From Phyllosticta citribraziliensis (Eukaryota): 64,000 bases of DNA. The position numbers and the translations under genes are program-made. The stretch spans positions 2,356,001 through 2,420,000 of the forward strand of contig NW_027117339.1 of assembly GCF_038025025.1 (NCBI RefSeq), given 5' to 3'. This document shows positions 55,981 through 64,000 of the stretch, one piece after another. The number at the start of each line of letters is the position of its first letter. Position 1 is the stretch's first letter. Under the pieces are notes generated by a model, which saw only the letters and a program-made list of their open reading frames with translations, was not told the DNA's origin and did not search any database.

Positions 55981-57694
55981 TGCGAGCAGGTTCTGCTCGA
56001 AATGATTGTGCAGAGGCCTCACTCAGCAACGTGGTCAGAAGAGCAGAGTCGAGACGTGAAGGAGTGTCGATTGTTGAGAGAAGAATGTGGTGGAAAATGT
56101 CGTGAGAGAAAAGGACAGCGACGAGAGAACAAAGCTGCTGCAGCGGCAGGGGTCAAGCGCAAACGGTATCCAGGTGCGATTGGTGAATCTTGACGGCGCA
56201 AAAAGGGACCCTGTGACACGAGGCGGGCGAGGTGGAACAGAGGCACAAGATATATCACCAGCAGACACGCGGCGAAAGGAGAGGAGCATGGATGGGGCTA
56301 CGCGAGGACAGGACAGGGCAGGGCAGGACAAGCGTCCGAATCATCTTTGGACCGAGCTCTTTGGCTACCACACATGGCGATGGCGTGCGGGGGGTTGCCG
56401 GCTGCCTGTGTTTGTAAGAGAGAAGAAAAAAAAGTCCGGTCGGCTACGCCCGAAGGCGACGGGCTGCAAACGGGCGCCATGTCGAGCGATTGCCGCCGAG
56501 TGGGCCTGCGACCGTCGACCTTCTGGAAATGGTCCTGGAATCGGCAAGGCTTGCGAGATGTGCGGCTCCAATGCTGAACTGAGCACTGAGAGTGACTGGT
56601 CGAAGATGCAAGGGCGCCCACGTCTTTGGCGTGTGCTGTCAGTCAGTCGGTCTGGGAGCATTCGTCGACGAGGTGGCGTGCTCCCAGCAGGGTCATCCAC
56701 GGCCACCAGACGGTGAGACGGGTCAAAGGGACATTCTGACATGAGCATCAATAAGGTGGCATTCATATGTATGTACCTACCTGTGGTTGATTAGTTTTAA
56801 AGACAGGAAGTACCAACAAGTCTTTCCCGCTGCACGTTAAGCTACCGAGTTGCGTCAACCCGGGCAATTAAGCTTTGGTGACCCATAGCAAATTTCAACG
56901 TCGGTCCAATGCTTGGTCCCAGAAGCCCAGGCGGGTGCGGATACAGCCGTCGCCTTCGCCTTCCGATTCTCCTTTGCAAAACTTCACAGAGCCATCTCGG
57001 ACCCTCGGCCTCGGCCATAACATGATCCTCTTCAAGTCCGCCTCCAGATCCGCCCCTAGTCACCGCACCTTGCCCAACACAATCGGCTCCGATGGCTCGA
57101 TCCACGACGTCGACAAAACTCGAGACAAGGACATCAATGCTTTCGTGCATAGACCAGCCAGATACCGTCCAGTCAAAAACTGGTCCATTGCCATTCCGTC
57201 ATCCTCTCCGCTCCCCTGGTACGAAGCAGTCTGGAAACGCCAATTAACACCATGCTACCTAGTAACCATGTCCTGTGCGCCCCGTCCAGTAAACCCCTTT
57301 TCCACCTGGCCATCACCTTCAGACTGTAGCAGAAGAAAAGAGCCACCGTCGAGTGAGCGACAACCCATCGTCAGCAGTGAAGCAGCTGAAGATATCATGG
57401 CCCCATGTCCCTCCAAAAACTTCCGTCAAACTCCAGGGCAAATGCATAGGAAACCCGCCATGCTCAATTTTCTACCACGGCCGTCGTCATCGGATTAGGA
57501 AATGCCATCAGACCTTCAATCTGTTCGTGAGGTCATCGTCCCCGTCACCGACCTGGCTCCGATATTCATGTGCACTGGCTGGAGCTTTGGCAGATAAGGC
57601 GATGCTCGTACTCGCCACCCTCAGCTCGCGCTTGAAATACCTAGCAGAATCTTCACAAGTCAGCAGCCCATCAACGGATGCAGCCGATCAAGAC

Positions 57695-59380
57695 TCACTC
57701 AGCGCTATCTTGCACGCTCCGCCTTAGCTTCCGGTTGTAAAGCTTCTTGTCCTCTGGTGATCCCCAAAACAGCCTAGACGCCTCTGGATTGACCAGTGTG
57801 CGTGGATCGTACGCGGGATGCTCTTCCTGAATCGCCTCGATAACGGCTTCAATGTGGCTCCGCAGATCGTCCGGCCTCTTGGCGACATAGCATAAAACGC
57901 CATCCTTGGATACCCGCTGGTGGAAGAGGGGTGTCTCAACTTTGACGCGTGGCTGGACGTCAGGGAATCGGGGGGAAATGTACACCGTGATGCGAAACAT
58001 TCCCCCGTCCAGATTCGACATGGGCGGTCCGAAAAAGACAAACTGCCACACAAAGGGGTTCTTGTCGACGAGCTCGAGGTCCAGGTGCATGGAGTCATGT
58101 CGCTTAAAGTGCTCCAGCACTTGCTCATACTGCCGCTGCAGGTTGTTGGCGATGCTTAGCTCGCGGCTCGTCGCATCTGCGCCTTCCTTGACCCAGCCCT
58201 GTGTCTCCTTCTCCACTGCCTCTCGGATGACCTGGAGTCTCTGCAAAAGCTTCTCGTATTGGAAAGTTCCAATCATCTCGTTGCCAGGTCCTTCAAACGG
58301 CATTTTTTCAAACTTGGCCCCCTCCTTGTATTTGTCTTTGCGCTTGTTGATGGACTCGATGTATGAATCATAATACCACAGGAAACGTCGCTTGCAGAGA
58401 TCTTGGAAAGGCTCGAAGGCTTCCTCAGTGGCATTGAATTCCTCTTCGGCATTGTATCGCGTGACCGACTTTTTGTCTCCAGAAGAAATCTTGTAGTACT
58501 CTTCCAGTCGATCGCAGACGGATACGCGGATGGTCTCATGGTGGATCTAGAAAGCCAGGTCAGCCCACAGGAACTGGATTGCCACGGCCCAACCAGTCGC
58601 ACCTTTGTGGTGTAGGCCAGCTTGAGCTTCTTGTCGTAATCAGAATTGGCGTCCTCGAAGCCTGGCTCGTTCTCGTACGGGTCCGGGGACATGAGGCTTT
58701 GAATAGAAATGAGGATTGACTCGAGTCCTTGGGCCGAAGACCACTCCTCGCCTGGCTCGCCGCGCCAAGTGCTATGAACCGTTAAATGTGATTGGCATTG
58801 GGAATCGAGTTGTCTTACCCGAGGATGGATCTGGGGGATTGTCAGCTGGTGCCGAGTCCAAAGGGTCGAAGTCGACTCACAGGCAAACCTTGCCCTGGGC
58901 ATAGATGTTGGGATTGAATCGAGTACGGCCACTATTTGTCGTGATGCATTGCACAGACGGTGCTTTGGTAGGGTACTCTACGTGACATGAGTTTCAATTA
59001 TGGGTATCACCATGTAGCGTTGGTGAAATACCTCTAGAGAAGCGCACGGTAAACTACCAAGCCCAGGGTCAGCATTGCGAGTAGAGCTGAGATTGGAAAG
59101 TGCAGACGCGTACCTCGAAGAAGCCAAACTCGTAGGGCGTGTCGGGAGGGCCTATGATCAATGCTCGCACTGAGCGAACATCACTGTCTCGACATGCAAC
59201 AGCGAGGGCTGTTAAGACCGTCAGCAACACGCATCCAACCGAATGCGGGCCCACCAACGTACAGAGGTCTGAGCCTTTTTGGATTTCGCAAAGCTCCTGC
59301 AGAAGAGTCAACAAAGGTGATCCTGCGCGTCGTGGTGAGTGGCATACGCGTGAAATGCGGAGGATCGACTGGTTCGACAT
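57695..59380 (-). CDS. Ubiquitin-conjugating enzyme with a UBE2Z-like N-terminal UBC and a second C-terminal UBC fold (exons 59380-59348, 59296-59263, 59208-59114, 59053-59032, 58977-58881, 58830-58819, 58771-58603, 58546-57695)
   Basis: Spliced product has [55 protein letters not shown] and PYENEPG. The second domain has FGPPMSNLDGGMF..FPDVQPRV..FHQRVSKDGVLCY. Seven GT-AG introns keep the frame. Confidence 0.92.
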
Positions 59381-59844
59381 TGCGGGCAGCACGGCGAACC
59401 AGCGCGGGGGCGTGTCGAGGTGACGAGAGAGACGAGGGGAGGATGTGCGGTGCGAGGGAGTCCAAGTCCAGGAGTGAGTCTACCAGACTTGGGTCATGCG
59501 GAAGCGAAGGGTGGGCCGAAGAAGAGGCAAGAAGTGGGCTTGGAATGAGCTGCTAAGGTACAAGTACCTTTGGAGGGGAAGAGAAGAGGTACGGTGACGG
59601 GTTCCGTGAATGCGGTGCAGTGCGGGCGGTCCAAGCGCGCAGATCAAGCGCCGTCGGCTGTGGCTGGAGCTAACGACAGACTCACCGAAACCTGGGGCCT
59701 TCCACCACCAACTCCGTCATCGCCAATCCCCACCAGACCCCAGTCAATCTCTCTCCGCGCGCGACTGGACTGCTCCGGACTGGGCGCGAGATCCAACACG
59801 GGTGATGGGCCCGCCGACTGTCTAATTCTCTCGACTCCTCCGCC

Positions 59845-60437
59845 ATGTGCGTCCTGCTCCTGGACCGCTGCGACCTCCTCCAGCTGACCAGCCCAGGGTC
59901 GTCTTCTCGCTCCTAATCATCAACAAGGCCGGTGGTCTAATCTACAACCGCGAATTCCACTCCGGCCTCAACAAGCTTGCCAGCAATGACCTGCTGGTTC
60001 TCGCGGGAACATTCCACGGGTATGCCAACACGCGCCTCAACGCCCCTCCCCGCTGCGGCCAATCGCCGACCTACTTCCAACAGTGCTAACGCTCCTGTCG
60101 CAGCGTCCATGCCATCACTCGCGGGCTGACCCCCGAAGCCCTGCAGCCGTCTTCCACAAACCCAACACCCTCTCTCCCTTCCATGCGCCCGCGCGCTTCG
60201 GGCCTCGAGGTTCTAGAAACAGCCCGCTTCAGACTACAGTGCTTTCAGACCCTTACCGGCACCAAGTTCCTGCTCTTCACCGAGCCCGGTCAACCCAACA
60301 CCGATACGATTATGAAGAAGATCTACGAGCTGTACGCTGATTTTGTCACCAAGAACCCCTTCTACACGGTGGAGATGCCGATCCGGTGCGAGAAGTTCGA
60401 CAGGGGTTTGGATGGTTTCGTGAAGAGCAGAGCATAA
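59845..60437 (+). CDS. TRS23: TRAPP complex subunit Trs23 (sybindin-like) (exons 59845-59846, 59897-60019, 60104-60437)
   Basis: Spliced MVVFSLLIINKAGGLIY, NDLLVLAGTFHG^VHAIT, LQCFQTLTGTKFLLF and IYELYADFVTKNPFY.VEMPIRCEKFD. Confidence 0.94.
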
Positions 60438-60704
60438 GTTGGTTGGAGGCATCACCGGAGACCAAGTGGCATGCTCTCCAGGTACGCCCTCTCAGACCAC
60501 ACCGCGTATACTATTGTCATGGACCCATGAACTAGATAGGATTTGTGAGATACCAAATGGCATTGCCCATCTTCGGCTCTAGAAGGCCGTAACTTGAGCA
60601 AAGGCATCCTTTCTTGAGCACCGAATTCTTGTGGTCGGATACTGCGCTCTGATTCTGGACAAAGCAGTCTGCGCCATTCATGCAACCGTCTACTTGTCAC
60701 CCTC

Positions 60705-61775
60705 CTAAGCCGTATCCATCTTGTCGCCATCGTCCTTGTCCTTCTTGTCGCCCTCCTTGCTGCCACTGCCAGAGCCACTTGGCTCTCCACTCTCGTCCAA
60801 CAGTGGCCTGCTCTCCTCGGCACCCTCCTCCTTGATGCCCTCCAGCTCAGTCTTGCCGTCTTTGCCCTCTTGAGCCTGCTTCTCACGCTCCTGCCTAGCC
60901 TTTTCTTCTTCGTAGGACATCCTCAACGCAAGCGCCAGCTCTGGGTCCATGGATGGGTCGACGCCAAACTGCCATTCTTGTTCGCCCTCGCCACCGGCGC
61001 CTCCGGAACCACCAGCACCACCTCCGGGTGCGGCCTCCCCGCCTATTATTGGGCTTGTCACGATGGCGTCGCTGAGCAGGTTGGAACTCGGAGGAATGAC
61101 AGTGAGAGAGGAGCCATCGCCTCCCTTGATGGCCTCGTTGAAGGCCTCGAGCTTCTTCACGTTCTCGTCGGACAAGTCGCCGAAGGCAACAATGTCAATG
61201 TTGATGTTGTTCTTCTTCATGCGCTTGGCAAGTTTGACGAGTGATTTTTCATCCTCTGGGAGTGTGCTGCAGGTGAAGACGATGATGCGTTGGCGTTGTG
61301 ACTTGTTCTGACGGTGCTTGAGCGCGAGCTGCATGTAAAATGCATCAGTAAATGACCATCAAGCCTTGAGATGACGTCGAACACTTACCGCGGCAATGTT
61401 GATGCCAGTAGAGAAGTGCGGCGACCCTCTTATCTTGGTCCGGTGCAATCCGTCGAGAATCTTGCCCATGTCCGTCGTCAAAGTAGTCAAGACTTCGGGA
61501 CCGTTGCCGCCCATGCTCATCAAGCCGACGGATGACTCTGGGTTGGCTTGGATCTTTGCGGAGAATATGAGGTTGACGGCGTCCTCTTGCGCTTCGAATC
61601 GGGAGGGGCTGTACTGGTAAGCTCGTGCTGTGCGAGGTGTTCGGTTGTAGCCATACACGTAATCGCCATTCCTGCTACTCTCACTGTTGTCCACCCTGCA
61701 ATGACCGTTAGAAGCTGAAGCTCGAAGCTACCGGGTGAGCGGCGCGTACACTATCATAGACGCCTCGAGGACCAT
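60705..61775 (-). CDS. RPN10: 26S proteasome ubiquitin receptor Rpn10 (exons 61775-61750, 61695-61657, 61608-61389, 61328-60705)
   Basis: MVLEASMIVVDNSESSRNGDY, NPESSVGLM, LALKHRQNKSQRQRIIVF (vWA domain) and the UIM DPELALALRMSYEEE. Confidence 0.96.
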
Positions 61776-62036
61776 CTTGGAGGTTGTCGGGTTGAGTCGT
61801 CGAGTGGGCGGGATTATCTGTCGAAGAGTTCGCGCGATGAAGAGACTCAAAGCTGTCGGGTAAGGGGATGGCGGATGACGGTCGTGGTAGTAAGTTGGTT
61901 GATGGTAACGGGATGGCCTTTGGATCGGAGCTCAGGTCGCTGGGTACCACAGTGAGCTTAGGTCGTCGTCGGCGCTACGAAACTCCGACAACGCACAGGC
62001 CATGCTTAATGCCAAGCCAGATGCGGCTCCGCCGTT

Positions 62037-62047
62037 TGTTTACGCGT
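62037..62047. promoter_or_regulatory. Overlapping forkhead (TGTTTAC) and MCB (ACGCGT) elements in the RPN10/Borealin shared promoter
   Basis: TGTTTACGCGT lies ~80 nt upstream of the Borealin ATG; both halves are exact yeast-type consensus sites. Confidence 0.5.
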
Positions 62048-62125
62048 CGGGTCCCATCACGATCAGAATAACATCATCCCTCCCAAGCCCTCATCCCCGA
62101 CCTCTCCATCATCTCTGAAGCTACC

Positions 62126-63285
62126 ATGCCGCCGCAACGCGCTAAGAAGCAAGCCGTTTCGCAACCCTCGGCATCCAGTCTGATCGCAGATTTCCCCCCG
62201 CCGCCAACGTCGTCTGTCGCTGGCAGTCCAGCTGCCAAAACACCGGACAGAATGAGCCCCGCGAAGAAGAGCTTGAAGCTTTCAGACGCACAAAAGCAGG
62301 CGCTCATGGACAATCTCCAGCTCGAGGGTATTCCATTAATTGCTCCAGGAGCTGGCGCATGCTAACGGCAGCCTCAGTAACGGAAAGAGCACGGAAACTG
62401 CGGGCACAGTATTCGCTCCTTTCCCAAGGACTCCGATCACGACTCGAAATGCGCATCAATCGTATTCCTAGCTCGCTACGAAGAACAAACATCATGGATC
62501 TGGTCGAAAAGTACTCGGAACAATCGAACGGCGCGATGTCAACTCAGACGCTCCCAAGCGGAACGCGTCAAATCCAAGCCGCTAGCAAATCTTCCACCCC
62601 AGAAGTCACACGCGGAAAGAAGCGCCCAAGCAACGAAATTTCTTCCGATAAAGAAAGAGCTGTCCACCGCGACACTGACTCCGACCTTGCTTTGCCGAAA
62701 AAGCGCACCAAGACTGCGTCTGCCACCAACACGTCCAAGACTCCTTTGACCGGTCCCACCAAGTCCCGTGCGCGCGTAGTGTCGAACCAAGACGCCCCGA
62801 CGACAGTACTTTCACCAAAATCGAACAACTCGCGCACATATCCCCGCTCTCCCATCAAGCCTGCCCTCGAGAAGCCCCTCAAGCCGCCTCCTGGCTCCAT
62901 CGGTGCCGGCGCATCTCCTCTCAAGGCGTCGCTCATCCGTCCCGACACGCGAGCCGGTGAGCGTCCTGGCAGCAGGGGCAAAGCAGGAACTACAGGCACA
63001 GGACGTGGCAAAAAGGCTGCCACCAAGACAGCGGCATCCTCGACGCGGACGACGCGCGCTAGAGTTAGTGACGCTAGTAGCAGCGACTCAGTGGCGACGG
63101 ACGCCACAACAGGCACAACGATTGTGAGGAGGCCGACCGCTGAGGGCACGGGTGCAAAGAAGGCCTCGGCGCGGACAGCAACGACGAAGAGCACGACGGC
63201 ACGAGCAACAGTGGCGGCTAAGAAAGGCAAGGAGAATGCGCCAGGGGCGGGGGCGACGGGTAGGGTACTGAGAACGAGGAGGTAG
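62126..63285 (+). CDS. Borealin/Nbl1-like chromosomal passenger complex subunit (exons 62126-62327, 62378-63285)
   Basis: Spliced QKQALMDNLQLEVTERARKLRAQY...LRSRLEMRINRIPSSLR matches the Nbl1/Borealin N-terminal domain. The tail is basic and S/T-P rich. 50-nt intron. Confidence 0.85.
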
Positions 63286-64000
63286 ACGGTTACATTCGGC
63301 GTTGGGCCAATGGCTAGTGTATGTGAGTTTCTGGATTGGTGTCGCCGGGCGTGTTTGGTGTATTCGGCGTTGGTTGATTGTTTGACGGGAGCTGGATCAG
63401 GGACAAATCCTCAAACGGTCTGATCCATGGTTTCTTCTTTGCTAAGATGTCTAGAGCATGGGCTTATGAATCGACAGTCATTGGGCGCTTAATCATTAAA
63501 GACTTTCCGTGGACTGGCGAGGATATTTTCAAAGCACTGACTGATCATTTGAGGGCCCTAGCTGTTATGAGGTTCAGAACTTACAATGCCTGAATGGTGA
63601 AAGTGGAGCAAGGTTCTGGTATCCAGCCAATTTCGATGCAATGGACTAACTACAAAATGCAAGGGATGTTGCTAATTACCGAAAAGTGAGGCGCTGGCGC
63701 TCAGAGGGGGTCCACGAAGGCTCCTTAAAGACGGGCCCGGTCAGAGCTGTGCCTGAGCACCGGGCAAGGTGAAACAAAAGGTGCCATGAGAGGCGCAAAT
63801 AGAGGTGTAATAGACATCCAAGATCAGCAAAACCGGAAACGATCAGCCCGAACGGACTTGACCGGAATTGGCAGGTTTGGCACGACGCATAAAGCGAGCC
63901 TCAGGTGAGTACTCAGTAGTTCCAGCGTCAGTAGGTGCTCGTACGTGGTCAGTGATAAATCGGCGTATGCACTTCGGAAACTTGGTCGACGAGGCAGCAT

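Noticed and set aside
61776..62125. Rpn4/PACE element (GGTGGCAAA) upstream of RPN10
   Set aside because: Looked for on both strands and not found.
63820..64000. Open minus-strand frames at the window end, possibly the 3' end of a neighbouring gene
   Set aside because: Two frames are open for only 50-60 codons with no recognisable motif; cannot be called without flanking sequence.
1..64000. tRNA/rRNA genes, CRISPR arrays, telomeric repeats, intact transposons, RIP-like AT-rich blocks, TGA-CTA readthrough or cryptic PTS1 signals
   Set aside because: None recognised by eye; the stop-codon contexts I checked lacked the readthrough motif. Small ncRNAs could still be missed without covariance-model searches.

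Overview
Gene-dense, intron-containing eukaryotic DNA from a filamentous ascomycete. It is probably a Dothideomycete; this is inferred from the protein sequences, the ~50-nt GT-AG introns with CTRAC/CTRAY branch points and the high GC. I built 21 gene models by hand from splice signals: a partial MARVEL-type membrane protein, a C2H2 transcription factor, PEX6, a sterol-esterase-type lipase, CYP53 benzoate hydroxylase, a GT25 glycosyltransferase, ATG6, SCM3, a solitary StcS/VerA-like P450, YOS9, a large type-II membrane protein, MNN10, a GPI cell-wall protein, a Pho84-like transporter, PSO2, a DHA2 MFS pump, a tandem-UBC E2, TRS23, RPN10, Borealin/Nbl1 and one doubtful orphan ORF. I found no tRNA, rRNA, CRISPR array, intact transposon or secondary-metabolite cluster. 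The most interesting signals are at the RNA and gene-structure level: three unusually long introns that fold into multi-helix structures (MFS pump, P450), a TRS23 start codon split by an intron, a 5'-UTR intron in the C2H2 gene that hides an overlapping uORF, a candidate CUG-initiated extension of MNN10, and an excess of 3n-length introns. Exon coordinates are manual calls without RNA evidence.
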